A DNA stretch of 64,000 nt, from the NCBI GenBank assembly GCA_951406725.2, contig OX597816.1, positions 129,084,001-129,148,000 on the forward strand, given 5' to 3'. This DNA is from Octopus vulgaris. Lineage: Eukaryota. Of this stretch, positions 1-12,637 are shown one piece after another; position 1 is the first letter of the stretch, and each line of letters opens with the position of its first letter. The notes under the pieces are model-generated. The model was not told the origin of the DNA. It made no database searches and saw only the letters and a program-made list of their open reading frames with translations. A program made the position numbers and the translations under genes.

Positions 1-345
1 TGGGTTGGACGATTTTGACTGAGGGCTGGTGAACCAGATGGCTGCACCAGGCTCCAATCTTGATCTGGTAGAATTTCTGCAGCTGGATGCCCTTCCTAAT
101 GCCAACCACTCCGAGAGTGTAGAGGGTGCTTTTACGTGCTACCAGCATGAGGGCCAGTCAGGTGGTACTGGCAACGACCTCGCTCGAATCTTTTTACACA
201 TCCCACCAGCACAGGTGCCAGTAGGGCGACGCTGATAACGATCATGCTCAAATGATGCCTTTTACATGCCACCAGCACAGAAGCCAGTTAGCCGCTCTGG
301 CAATGATCACGTTCAGATGGTGCTCTTAGCACCCTACTAACATGG
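1..345 (-). mobile_element. RTE-clade LINE 3' UTR fragment (cut by window edge)
   Basis: Reverse complement of the 3' UTR at 31000-31555; contains several ~60-bp ggtggcacgtaaaaagcacc-type units. Confidence 0.85.
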
Positions 346-458
346 GTGGAAGTAATAATGATCACATTTTGAATACAGCACCCAAGATCTGACTTTGAAA
401 AACTACATATATTATGAATGCAAGGTAGCAGGAGCTAACACAATTGGAAAATTATTGA

Positions 459-660
459 TTTCAAATTTTGGCACAAGGCCAAAATGTTTTGGGGGAGATG
501 TAAATTGATTATATTAACCCTAGTATTCAACTGGTACTTACGTTATCAACCCTGAAAGGATGAAAGGCAAATTCAGTCTTGTTGGAATTTGAACTTTGAG
601 CTTAAAAATGGAGAAAATACTGTTAAGCATTTTGCCCAATGGGCTAGCCAACTTGTTACT
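459..660 (-). mobile_element. tRNA-derived Nin-domain SINE, decayed
   Basis: Minus strand shows gagttcaaattcc B-box followed by tttgcctttcatcctttcagggttgataa-gtacc (Nin/Deu-like core); many copies in window. Confidence 0.75.
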
Positions 661-957
661 TTCAACTGGAAAATTATTACAAATTATCCATTGTAGGATT
701 ACAAGAATATCTTGTACAGAATCATGGAAAATTAATAGAGATAGCTATGAAACATGAACAAAAGCAAAAATTATTTTGTATCTTCAAGGAAGCTATCAAA
801 TACAAAATAGAGGTTGCAATAATCAGTAAAAGAATTATTTATCCACCTATCTAGTGTTCAAACTCAGTCTTTCAGTTTGTTACAAAAATACACAATTATA
901 CATAATATACAAAACACACAAACACACACACATATATACATACATATATGTGTATGC

Positions 958-1211
958 ATATCATCATCATCATCATCATCATTTAACGTCCGTTTTCCAT
1001 GCTAGCATGGGTTGGACGGTTCAACTGGGGTTGGGGAAGCCAGGAGGCTGCACCAGGCTCCAGTCTGATCTGGCTGTGTTTCTACAGCTGGATGCCCTTC
1101 CTAAACGCCAACCACTCCGTGAGTGTAGTGGGTGCTTTTTACGTCAAGGCGACGCTGGCATCAGCCACATTCAGATGGTGCTTTATACATGCCACCGGCA
1201 CAGGTATCACA

Positions 1212-1213
<2 letters not shown>
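958..1213 (-). mobile_element. RTE LINE 3' end with (GAT)n tail
   Basis: (cat)n-ttaacgtccgttttccatgctagcatgggttggacgg matches the reverse complement of 31380-31555. Confidence 0.85.
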
Positions 1214-1214
<1 letters not shown>

Positions 1215-1252
<38 letters not shown>

Positions 1253-2045
1253 ATACACACGCATATACATATATATATACATATGCATATGCATATATAT
1301 ATGCATATACATATATATATACACGTGCATATATATATATATATATATATGGATGTTTTGTATATTATGTATATGCTTGTGTGTATGTGTTTGTGTATTT
1401 ACATGCCTGTATGTATGTATGTATGTATGCAAGTAGGTATGTATGTATGTATGTATGTATGTATGTAGGTATGTAGGTAGGTAGGTAGGTAGGTAGGTAG
1501 GTAGGTAGGTAGGTAGGTATATGCATGTATGTTATATACTGAATTGCACTTAGTGCATTTAGTCACCTGCCTTTGTTGCCTAAAACTTTAAATTGAAAAT
1601 TTAAAAAGATATGATACTTCATATCTAAAAATATAGTTACAAAAAGCTTTTTGCTGTTTTTATTTTATTGGAAATAAGAAATTAATTTTGAAATGTTGCA
1701 GTGTCACATAGGTTTGATAAATGCCACCTGCTTACTATCAGTTTTAAGAGAGATGGCAGAAAAATAAATCATATATGTGTGAATGTGTGTGTGTGTACAT
1801 CTATATATGTGTGTGTTTATGTGTGTGTGCATGTATGTATGTATTATGTGTGTATGTATGTATGTATATGTATATGTGTATCTATGTATCTATGTGTTTG
1901 TGTGTGTATGTATATATGTATGTATGTGCGTGTATGTATGTGTATATATATATATGTGTGCATATGTATGCATGTATGTATGTGTGTACGTACATATGTG
2001 TATGTATGTATGTATGTATGTATGTATGTATGTATGTATGTATGT
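1215..2045. repeat. Compound microsatellites (TA)n, (TATG)n, (TAGG)n, (TG)n in two blocks
   Basis: Directly visible; explains the YI/VCMY ORFs. Confidence 0.95.
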
Positions 2046-2246
2046 TTTCTACTGTTTTTAATTATATGAAGTTTTTCCTGTCAGGAAGGAACTGGTTTCT
2101 AGCAAAGATATGAAACTTCATCGTAAGAAATGTAGATAACAAAGACAATGCCATATTGTAACTTGCGTAAAGTCTTGCCTTTTGTTAATGTTCCAGAATT
2201 CTAATGATTCTGCCAGCTTGTTGCCTTAATGCATGAATTAATATTG

Positions 2247-2475
2247 GTTTCACATTTTGGCTCAAGGCCAGCAATTTCTGAAGATGAGCTAAGTTGATTA
2301 CATTGAATCCCCTCCCCACCCCGTAGTGCACAATTGGAACTTATTTTATCAATCCTGAAAGGATGAAAGGCGAAGTCAGCCTCGACAGAATTTGAACTCA
2401 GAATGTAAAGATGGAAGAAACGTTGCTAAGCATTTTGCTGGGTGTGCTAACAGTTCTTCCAACTTACCATCTTAA
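2247..2475 (-). mobile_element. Nin-domain tRNA-SINE
   Basis: Same family as 459-660 and 54105-54316. Confidence 0.75.
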
Positions 2476-3129
2476 TACATTGGAGCCATAAGGAGACAGA
2501 AACACACAGATACACACACTTATACACACATATATGACAAGCTTCTTTCAATTGCTTACATTGGGCCAAAACAACGAAGGAAAACATCATAGCCAGTTAA
2601 ATCGACAAGTATTTCAATTTTAGGCACAAAGCCGGTAATGTTGGGGGGTGGATAACTGATAATATTTACCAACCACTTCACTGGTACTTTAACCTGGAAG
2701 AATGAAAAGCAAAGGCAAAACTCAATTCAGAACACATACTGTAAGGTATTTCAGCAGACACTCAGATGACTCTAATCAGCCGCAATAATAATAATGTTGA
2801 TAATAATAATAATAATAATTATTATTATTATTATTTTTATTATTATCCACTCACAAGGCTTTGGGTTGTATGAGGCCATAGTAGAAGGCACTTTTCCAAG
2901 GTGCCTTGCAGTGATACTGAAACTGAAACCATATGGTTGGAAAGCAAACAGTAGCATTGTGTGTAATAAGATGTAGGTACCTTAGCTTTATAACAGATAT
3001 TTTTAAGAGAGAAATGAACATTTAGCCTAGCTAGTTTCAGTCCTGTAATGGACCTTATCAGTGATGAGCAACTTCTTCAAATGCCTACTGTGACACTGAT
3101 AATAAGCCCAATATTACCAAGGACTTGCG

Positions 3130-3855
3130 AAGGTGCATAGCCTAGTGGTGAGGGTATCTGGATCATGAATGTAAGGTCGTCAGTTTGATTCCCAGCATTG
3201 CGTTGTATCCTTGAGAAAGACTCTTTATTTCATGTTGCTCCAGCTGGTAAAAATGAGGTGTAGGAGTGGCTGTGTGGTAAGTAGCTCGCTTATGGACCAC
3301 ATGGTTCAGGGTTCAGTCCCACTGTGTGGCACCTTGGGCAAGTGTCTTCTACTATAGCCTCGGGCCGACCAAAGCCTTGTGAGTGGATTCAGTAGATGTA
3401 AACTGAAAGAAGACCGTCATATATATATATATATATATATATATTATGTATGTGTATGTGTTTGTGTGTCTGTGTTTGTCCCCCCAGCATCGCTTGACAA
3501 CCGATGCTGGTGTGTTTACGTCCCCGTAACTTAGCAGTTCGGCAAAAGCGACTGATAGAATAAGTACTAGGCTTACAAAGAATAAGTCCTGGGGTCGATT
3601 TGCTCGACTAAAGTCGGTACTCCAGCACAGCCACGATCAAATGACTGAAACAAGTAAAAGAGTAAAAGAGAGTGTCTGCATTTTAAAGGTACGGCCCTTT
3701 TATATTTTCTGTCATGCTGAATCTCCCTGAGAACTGCATTAAGGGTATGCATGTCTGTGGCATGCTCAGCCACTTGCATGTTTATTTCACGAGTATCCTG
3801 TTCCATTGATTGGATCAACTGGAACCCTTATCATCATAACCAACAGAGTACCACC
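3130..3855 (+). mobile_element. tRNA-derived SINE (second family) interrupted by a younger SINE
   Basis: Head tagcctagtgg...gtttgattccc; 3' part (gctcagccacttgca...gatcaactggaaccct) matches the uninterrupted relative at 49624-49992. Confidence 0.7.
3262..3670 (+). mobile_element. Full-length tRNA-derived CORE-type SINE
   Basis: A-box tggctgtgtgg, B-box ggttcagtccc, CORE-like caccttgggcaagt, internal (TA)n, agtaaaagag tail; near-identical to 21691-22105. Confidence 0.9.
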
Positions 3856-4217
3856 AAGGACTTATTAAAATCTGATAGACTGATTTGCATATTTTAATAC
3901 CTAATTGGCTAATTAGTTCAATTACAAAATTACTTGTGCATTAACAGTGTACTTTAAAATATATCTATAGATTTTAGCCAACACTGTATGTAACAGGCAG
4001 ATGTAAACATCTTGAAGATGTTGTATATAAAGAAAAAGTATTTACATCTATCTTTATGTCTGAATCCTCAGCCTTTCAACCTGTTGGCTGAAGACTGAGA
4101 AGTGACATAAATAACCACATCTGATGAATCTCAGAATTCCAGCTGACCAAATCAAATAAATTATTTATGTTCTCCTCCTGTGGTATTGAATATCTGTCTG
4201 CCATTCCTTACCATTAA

Positions 4218-4491
4218 CTACATATATTTGTATGTGTGTATGTGTGTGTGTGTATACATACATATGCACATATATGGATATTCATAAATATGTATCTTTA
4301 TATATATATGCATACATGTATTTACATGTATACATACATATGCACACACATATAGGCCTATATATTTATATAACAATTGTAAATGTATGTATGTATATAT
4401 ATACATTCATACACAAACACACACATATATATAGATAAACATATATACACATATATGTTTGTGTGTGTTTTTATGTACATAGATATATGTA

Positions 4492-4539
<48 letters not shown>

Positions 4540-4830
4540 GGATATATGTATATATGTATATATATATGTATATGTATATATATATATATGTATATGTATA
4601 TGTATATATATATATATGTATGTATGTATGTATATATATATATATATAAACAGAGATAGATAGATTGATAGATAAACACAAATACGCATGTATGTACATG
4701 TATATATATATATATATATATATTCACACACATATATATACATGAACATTCACACACACCCACATACACACATGGTAATATACAGATACATGTATATATG
4801 TTTGTAACTGTGTGTGCGTGTATGTGTGAT
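4218..4830. repeat. (TA)/(CA)/(TATG) microsatellite block
   Basis: Directly visible. Confidence 0.95.
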
Positions 4831-5334
4831 GGGTGCTCTTACAGAAATAGATGCTTTGTGAGAGTCACTCCAAGCAACCATGACTATGACAATCCTTTTT
4901 ATTAATAACCATTGAATGTCATTATGTGCTGAGGCTATGTGTCACTTGCTCTTATGGCATATGTGTATCTTAACACAACTTTAGTTATAAATAAAACAAA
5001 AAGAAACCATTTTACAGATACTACCTACACTTTGTTGGCAGCTGTTGCTATTGTTGTTTGTGTTGTTGCTCCTGCTTCTGCTGCTGCTGCTGCTGGAGAT
5101 GGTGGTGATAGTAGTGGTGGTGGTGGTGGTGATGGTAGTGGTGGTGGTGGTGGTGGTGGTGGTGGGAATGAACTAGCATGTTACATATTACAAACTCTCT
5201 TCAGTTAGTAATCTTACAGTAGCTTATTGGTGTAACTACTACTCTACAGGGTCTTTGGGCTAAAGTTGATGGTATTTCATGGATCCTTTTTTCAGGAACA
5301 GCTTCACTTATTGGTGAACAATCAATGACATTGG

Positions 5335-6085
5335 AGATGTGGAGTTGTGTGGCTTAGTGGTTAGAAGGTGTTGGACTCATGATCATAAGATCATGGTTTC
5401 AATTCCTGGACCAGGTGATGTGTTGTGTTCTTGAGTAAAACAATTCATTTCACGTTGCTCCGGTCCACTCAGCTAGCAAAAGTGTGTAGTTAGTTAGTTA
5501 GTTAATTTTTTGGCTCAAAAAGCAAAAAGCAAGGCCATGTAGGGGAACATGGAGTTATGTACAGGGTGGTGTTCATGTAAAGAGTTCAGGCAACTTGTGG
5601 TCAAGAGAGACTTTGAATCGAGCGGTCGTCGGCATCTTCACCATCTCGTCCGGCAGCTTATTCCACGGATCCGCAACCCGGACGGATAAAAGCCCCTCTC
5701 CTTTGATTGAGATGAAATCGTTGCAGATAGGGCTTTTCGGAATGACCCCGCAGCCGACGCTCTGGAGCAGGAGTGAAGAACAGCTCTTTCGAGAGGTTAT
5801 ACTTTCCGCTTATGGTGTTGTGAGCAAGAATGAGATCACCACAGCGTCGTCGTTTTTCTAGAGAATAAAGGTCAAGTGTCTTCAGCCTTTCTTCATAAGA
5901 CAAATTCTTGAGACCAAGAACCATGCGGGTAGCCAGCTTCTGGACTATTTTGAGATGCTGTATGTCTTTGAGGAGTAATACTGTGAACGACTGGTGTGCT
6001 GTCCAGGTGGGGAACTTATATGTCATGGAAACTGAGAAGCCAACCCTTATAAGCTGGCAAGACTCAAGAAGATAACTTTACCTAA
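5335..6085 (+). mobile_element. tRNA-derived SINE split by a CR1 insertion
   Basis: Head tggcttagtggttag...ggtttcaattcc (5350-5410); V-SINE-like continuation gactggtgtgctgtccagg resumes after ~5975. Confidence 0.6.
5487..5972 (-). mobile_element. CR1-clade LINE, 5'-truncated 3' end
   Basis: Translation VQKLATRMVLGLKNLSYEERLKTLDLYSLEKRR..GDLI...RGH...(frameshift)WNKLP is the typical CR1 ORF2 C-terminus; (TAAC)n tail. Confidence 0.9.
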
Positions 6086-6109
6086 TAGCAGTGGAAGCAT
6101 AACGATTAA

Positions 6110-6605
6110 AGTTTTACTTGAGAAAAAATGTTAACTGATATGGACGGCTTAAAGCTACCTGAATATTGGGAAAGAGTTTTCTGCGTTATGGTGATTTGTG
6201 CCAGGTATGAAAATGTCAACATCATGACTTCTTCTCAAAGCTCTGTGAATACTGTAAAGGCTGTAAGACATGATATGGACAGCTACAACAGAGACTATGA
6301 AGCCAGGGCAGCAGTAAGTTCTAATTGTGTCTACATACCAGAGTTTATTCCTACATCTATGAACAGCACATTAGGCTCAATTCTGATAACTATGTGAAGC
6401 TTCTGGAAACTGTGGTCAAATCCTGGTTGGAGAGGGTCGCTGCTGAACGGCTGTATGTATGGCAGTAGGAATTGGTTCCTTGCCATACCTTCAAAAAGTG
6501 TCAGGAATGGTTGTTGGAGAATTTCCACAACTTCACCAGTCTTAATTTCTGGCCTTCTAATTTTCCCTCTTGTAACCATGTAGATTATTATGTGTGGGAC
6601 ACAGC
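6110..6605 (+). mobile_element. Tc1/mariner (maT-like) transposase relic
   Basis: 6393-6600 translates YVKLLETVVKSWLERV...YVWQ*ELVPCHT...QEWL.ENF...WPSNFPSCNHVDYYVW, a decayed QQDxAPCH / WPPxSPDxNPxDY motif pair. Confidence 0.8.
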
Positions 6606-6633
6606 ATAAACTTGTTAATGTCTTTTGATTTTT

Positions 6634-6963
6634 CAGTTCTATATTTAAGAGATGAGGAATTATGTACATCATTTACGCTATTTACATTTGACGGATATTT
6701 GTCCTCATCTTGTTTGTTGTTAACATAATGTTTCAGCCAATATATCCTCCAGCCTTCATCAGGTGTCTTGGGGAAATTTCAAACCTTGCTCCTCATTCCT
6801 AAGGTATTTTTCGATGTTGTTGTTGTTGTTATTATTATTATTATTATTATTTTTATTATCATCATTATTATTATTATTATTCAAGTCACTGCCTGGAACT
6901 GAACTCAGAACCTTGGGATTAGTATCCCGCACTCTTAACCACTATGCCATATGCCCACGGGCA
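6634..6963 (-). mobile_element. tRNA-headed SINE-like element with Penelope-type tail containing a hammerhead-like core
   Basis: Minus strand: tggcatagtgg A-box, gagttcagttcc B-box, (TAA)/(CAA) tract, then CTGATGA-aggct...ggct-GAAAC. Confidence 0.65.
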
Positions 6964-8080
6964 TTTGTAGAACTGTTAAAGCCTTGCTGTATCTTTTCTG
7001 ACTATTTATATTCTGACAACACCTGTGATGACACAGGTGTCAAACTGTATTAACCCAAGTTGGTGGCGTTTCTTTTGGATAAACATTGGTATCATGGAGA
7101 GAGGAAAGAAAACTTCTATGCATAAACAACTGTTAATTTTCTTCAAAAAATCTTGCCCAAATCTGCACACACATGTGCCAATATATGGCTAACCTTAATC
7201 AATGGAGCTTCCTTTTGTAAAAATTTATGCAACATATTTTAACTGTATTTCCACTTTCACATACTTCAAATCATCTCTATTCTTTGCATCATCAGATTAA
7301 CAAATGTTCTCTTGAGACTTCATTATCAAATGCAAGCGTTTACCATGAAATTTTTGTTGAAGAATACCTAAGTAATTGCCCTTGCTTTTTTTTTTCTCCT
7401 TTGTTACAAGACACTGTCTTATTAGCTTGATCCAGACAGGTTCGCCTAACTGGGTATTAATATCCAGAACAATACTGCAAAGCCTTTTGTCCAGTTCTTT
7501 ATGAATTCTACTAATCCATCATTCTGGAACAGCACTTGATTTTACCAACCCTGGAAAGTTCAATAAAATCAAGCACCAGTCCAGTTGACTTTGGTGGTAT
7601 TAGAAATCAGAACATAAATAGCTGTGACAAATATAGCAAGTACTTAAACATGTCTACCAGTCTATTGTCAATCAAATCCCCGAACTGTCAAAAGCAGAGA
7701 TGTGGTGTTCGAAGAATGTCGTCAATACGGTACACACTGGACAACCAGCTAAAAGAAAGTTGGCTTATATCCTGTTACTAAGACTGTATGGTGTCCATGA
7801 CCAAGTCATTTAACTCTCAGTAGCATAATCCTCTTAACTGTAAAACAAGGAACATAGAGTGGTACAGTTCAGTGGTGCAAACAGTGGGAGCACTGTAAAA
7901 TTCACAAATGTTTTGTGATCAAGCAAAGTTTGAGTTCAATTTCTCTATGTAGAGAGGAATAAGCTCCACCAAACTGACTTGTCTTCATACACTAGAAGGA
8001 AAAGTGTTTTCCATAGTGGCCTTAGTACACAATGGGTCATAAGATACTTATATGAGCAGGTATTTTTCTTGTCAATTTAA

Positions 8081-8302
8081 CTCTTCAGCATTCAGATTAC
8101 TCTGTCAAATGTAATGCTTATTTATTCACATTGTTTTGAATTAAACAACGCCTTATTTTGTAGCTTTGAAATATCAGTGGTGTGTCTGTTTATCTTTAGA
8201 ATGACATTGCAGGGTATTGTTTGAATGGTCAGATCTGGCCGATTTGAACTTAAAACAAGTAGAGTATTTGGACCAGATATGGCCAGTTTAAATACTAAAG
8301 GG
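8081..8302. mobile_element. piggyBac-like MITE
   Basis: TTAA at both ends (8077-8080, 8303-8306); imperfect TIRs ctcttcagcattca / taaatactaaaggg. Confidence 0.7.
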
Positions 8303-8756
8303 TTAATATAATAAATCTTTAGTTAAGTATCAGCCTTTATTAGTCTTTCAGGATTGGATACAATTATTATCACTATTCTTCTCACTTAAGCACTTTCAGT
8401 AAATAAATGAATTGATTATTTTTCCAGTAGTCATCAAATATGGCTGCTCATCAAGTGAATATTATTACTTTTAAAAGAACAAACTGCAAGAAATATATTA
8501 AAAGGTAAGAAAAAAAAAAATAAAAACAATACTTAATATTTGGCTTCAAACAGCATAAATTTCACAACCATCAAAACACATTGGTGTTTCAGCAGAATCG
8601 GTTAATATCCTTCTCTCTCAATGCCTTTTGCCTAATATCACCTTAAAAAATTAATACCTCTCCAGAGAATTAACAGATGTTATTAACAAGAATTTGGCAC
8701 AACCGTATCCAAAGACACATACACACATACAGACACACCTTCATTGAAATAATGAT

Positions 8757-9085
8757 GATTTCAAATTTGGGCACAAGGCCAGCAGTTACAGGGGAGGAGG
8801 CAAGAGGGTTACATCAACCCTAGTGTGTGATTGATGTTTATTTTATTGCCCCCAAAAGGATGAAAGGCAAAGTTCACCCCCGTGGCATTTGAACTCAATT
8901 CATAATAATAATAATAACGATTTCAAACTTTGGCACAAGGCCAGTAATTACAGAGAAGTAAGTTAGCACCCCAAAAGGAGGGAAGGTAAAGTTGACCCTG
9001 GTAGAACTTGAACTCAGAACATAAAAGAGGGAAAATTCTGCTAAGCATTTAATCCAGCATGCTAACAATTCTATCAGCTCACTGT
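8757..9085 (-). mobile_element. Two tandem Nin-domain SINEs
   Basis: Two tttcaaa-ttggcacaaggccag...aaaggcaaagtt...gaactc units separated by (TAA)n. Confidence 0.75.
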
Positions 9086-9124
9086 GTTAATGATAATAAT
9101 AATAACGGTAATAATAATAATAAT

Positions 9125-9592
9125 GAGAAAGCAACCATACTCTGAGATATGTGAGAAAGCAACCATACTCTGGGATATACCAATACAGACAAACAGAGAG
9201 ATTAAAGCTAATTGTCAGAGATTACCAAGAAAAAATTGCTTTCTAATTGATGTATCAATACCAACAGATGACAATATTTCTCTAAAAACACCAGAAAAAT
9301 TTCAAGATACAAAAACCTAGAAATAGATTAAATGTTGAGCCTAAAAACAGAAACAATCCCTGTCATAGTAGGCGCATTAGGTGTGATAAAAAAAGCATTC
9401 AGACAAATACATAACAAAAACACCAGCACTTACAAGTATATATAACACACAGAAACACTTTCAATACAGTGAAAATAAGAGCACCACAACAAACCACAGC
9501 ATATACCCTAGATACACAGAGCTGCACTCAGTAGTGCTGTGAAAGCACATGATAAAAATAAGACTACTGAATAATAATAATAATAATAATAA
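9125..9592 (+). mobile_element. R4/Dong-clade (RLE) LINE 3' fragment in (TAA)n
   Basis: EKATILWDIPIQTNREIKAN...CFLIDVSIP; same family as 56829-58473; (TAA)n on both sides. Confidence 0.85.
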
Positions 9593-9694
9593 TTTTGAGG
9601 TTGATAAAATAAGTACCAGTCAAGTACTGGGATTGATGTGATCAACTAACCTCCTCCCCCCAAAATTTTAGGCCTTGTGCCTTTAGTAGAAAGG

Positions 9695-9758
<64 letters not shown>

Positions 9759-9796
9759 GAAAGCATTTTTTTTTATGAAGAAAAAAATGCTTTCTA

Positions 9797-9859
<63 letters not shown>

Positions 9860-9960
9860 CCTTTCTACTAAAGGCACAAGGCCTGAAATTTTTGGGGAGG
9901 GGGTTAGTTGATTACATCAATCCCAGTACTTGACTGGTACTTATTTTATCAACCTCAAAA
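9593..9960. repeat. ~370-bp palindrome (inverted duplication of a Nin-SINE 3' half plus (ATT)n)
   Basis: 9593-9772 is the reverse complement of 9781-9960 with few mismatches. Confidence 0.9.
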
Positions 9961-10054
9961 GGATAAAAGGTAAAAGTCAGCCACAGCAAAATTTGAACTC
10001 AGAATATAAGGACGGATGAATAAACAACAATAATAATAATAATTTAATAGATAG

Positions 10055-10259
10055 ATGGATAGAAGAAATGAAAATTTGAACAGATGGTTAGGGGAAATAG
10101 GCATAAAACCTAGTTTACTGAAGCTCCAGAAAACAATATTAGAGACAGCAAGGATACTTAAGAAGTTCTTGGCATCAAAGGTTACTTGTTATAGCCTGAT
10201 TTTAGGATTTTTTTTATTTCCAGCAGTCAAATTTGTTATGCGTGTATGAAATAATAATA

Positions 10260-10260
<1 letters not shown>
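10055..10260 (+). mobile_element. Second R4/Dong-like LINE family, extreme 3' end
   Basis: NLNRWLGEIGI...LQKTILETARILKKFL C-terminal motif, short UTR, (TAA)n tail. Confidence 0.7.
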
Positions 10261-10302
<42 letters not shown>

Positions 10303-10321
10303 TGATGATGATGATACTATA

Positions 10322-10510
10322 CTTTCTACTATAGGCACAAAGCCTGAAAATCTGGGGAAAAAGGGGTTAGTCAATTAAATCGACCACTGTGCTTAACTGT
10401 TACTTATTTTATTGACCTTCATAGAATTTGAACTCAGAATGTAAAGACAGATGAAATTCCACTAAGCATTTTCTCAGCACACTAATGATTCTGCCAGCTC
10501 ACCACCTTAA
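10322..10510 (-). mobile_element. Nin-domain SINE
   Basis: Family match; head agctggcagaatcattag on minus strand. Confidence 0.75.
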
Positions 10511-10633
10511 TAATAATGATGATAATAATTAGTCATGATGGGTATATTGGGCTTCATATATTTTAGCCCAGTGTCACTTTGATGGCATGCATTGCTCTCT
10601 CACCCAGTAATAATGATGATAATAGTAATAATA

Positions 10634-11200
10634 AATGCTCTGATGCAGTCCCAGGCAGTGGCTCTCATGGCTTCGCAGCCTAACTGATTGGAAGTGTTAT
10701 CGTGGACATGTTTTGTCTTAATATAAAACATGGGCTACAGCAAATATTCTGCTCAATACCGCAGACTTGCTTGTCAGTTGCTTGACCTTAACTAGTTGAA
10801 CATGCCCCTTGGTGGCTGATGATATGTGCATCTCTGATCACAAGCAGAAGTAGTGGTGGAGCATCATGGCCATGTGTTGAGAGGAATTCTTTGGGGTTTG
10901 AATAATTCACCTCTGGAAATATGGGTGCTTCATTCAACATCCTTAAAACAAACCTTATTCAGGGACCTTTTGAGTGGGACAGGCTACTCAACCAGAAGAA
11001 AATTCTAACTGGGCCCCACCTGCAAGGTCATACACTGTTTATCTTGATATGAGATCACCATGTCACACACATATGGTCGTGCTGCGTGTACCTGGTGTAC
11101 CCTTATCAGACAGGTAGTCATGTTGTGTATATTGGGCTTCATATATTTGTACCCCAGTGTCACTTAGATGGCATGCACTGCTCTCTTACTCAATAGTAAT
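10634..11200 (+). mobile_element. Non-coding (TAA)n-flanked interspersed repeat, probably R4/Dong-mobilised
   Basis: Starts after (TAA)n with aaatgctctgatgcagtcccaggcagtggctctcatgg (head repeated at 12205-12304); its 3' ~80 bp are duplicated at 10532-10610; ends in a TAA-type tract. Confidence 0.6.
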
Positions 11201-11207
11201 AATATTA

Positions 11208-11395
11208 ATCCTTTCTACCATAAGGCCTGAAATTTTGGGCAGAGGGGCTAGTCAATTACATCGACCCCAGTGTTTCACTGATACTTAATTTATCGACATC
11301 CAAAAGGATGAAAGGCAAAGTCAACCTTGACGGAATTTGCACTCAGTACATAAAGATGGATGAGATGCTGCTAAGCATTTCACCCACTGCCTTAA
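11208..11395 (-). mobile_element. Nin-domain SINE
   Basis: Family match. Confidence 0.75.
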
Positions 11396-12162
11396 TAATG
11401 ATAATGGTGATGATGATGATGATGACGACGACAACGATGATGATGATGATGAGGATGATAGTATATAATACCAAGAGCAACAACAACAAAAACAACAGCA
11501 ACAACAATCATAATGATAGATTAAAAGATACCCTCTGTTGCAGACCAATTACATGTAGCTCAGCAGGGATAGGTTAAATTAGTGGGTGTTAAACTCATAA
11601 CTTCAAACTAATGACTCATTCACCAATTAAACAGTACCATTATAGTTATATTACGGTACTATTTCTCATGTGGAACCTTGATAAATCAAATGTTCACTAT
11701 CTTGTCCAAGAACACACTGCTTAATTGATGTTATATGAACTGTTGACTGTTTGCCAGAGAGGACAATATGTAGCCCACTCAGACATTGTGATTATATACA
11801 GACATCTATACACATACACACAGATACCAGACACACACAAGCACACACATAAGCACACATACATGCACACATACACACACATATATATACATTTATATAC
11901 ATTTAGTTGACAAGAAATTAATATTGCACATGTCAATGCCTAACTAAAAATCAAATAATTCATACATCAAAATAAATCATTTATCAAATGGGATAGGTTT
12001 GATTATTTTCAACAATTCTTTCAGATTTATAGTAAAATCATTTTCTTTTGTTCTATATTTGGTACTGAATTTATAAAAAAAAGGGAAAAAATCTCTTTAA
12101 TTGCCTTTCTGACATTGTACATATCTCATTACCGTTTTCCATTAAATATTTTTAGCCATCAA

Positions 12163-12205
<43 letters not shown>

Positions 12206-12434
12206 TACCAGACAGTAGCTCTCATGGCTGATGCTCTGATGCAGTACCAGACAGTGGCTCTCATAGCAATGCCCTGATGCAGTACCAGACAGTGGCTCTC
12301 ATGGATGCTATCCTCAATTCTTTGAACTTTACTCACCACATGATCTCTTTTACCAAAGTCACTGTCTGCTCTGCCTTGTGGGTGATGTAGCGAACCTCAT
12401 GATGGACTCAGCCAATAGATGGATTCAAAACTCT

Positions 12435-12499
12435 AGGTGTCAGCAACACTAGCTGTCAAGTGATGGTGGGGGACAAACAAAGACACACACATACACATG

Positions 12500-12531
<32 letters not shown>

Positions 12532-12540
12532 CATATATAA

Positions 12541-12637
<97 letters not shown>

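Noticed and set aside
3026-3063. Hammerhead-like motif on minus strand (CTGATAA-ggtcc..ggact-GAAACTAG)
   Set aside because: Core G8 mutated, no UH triplet or stem I; at most a dead relic
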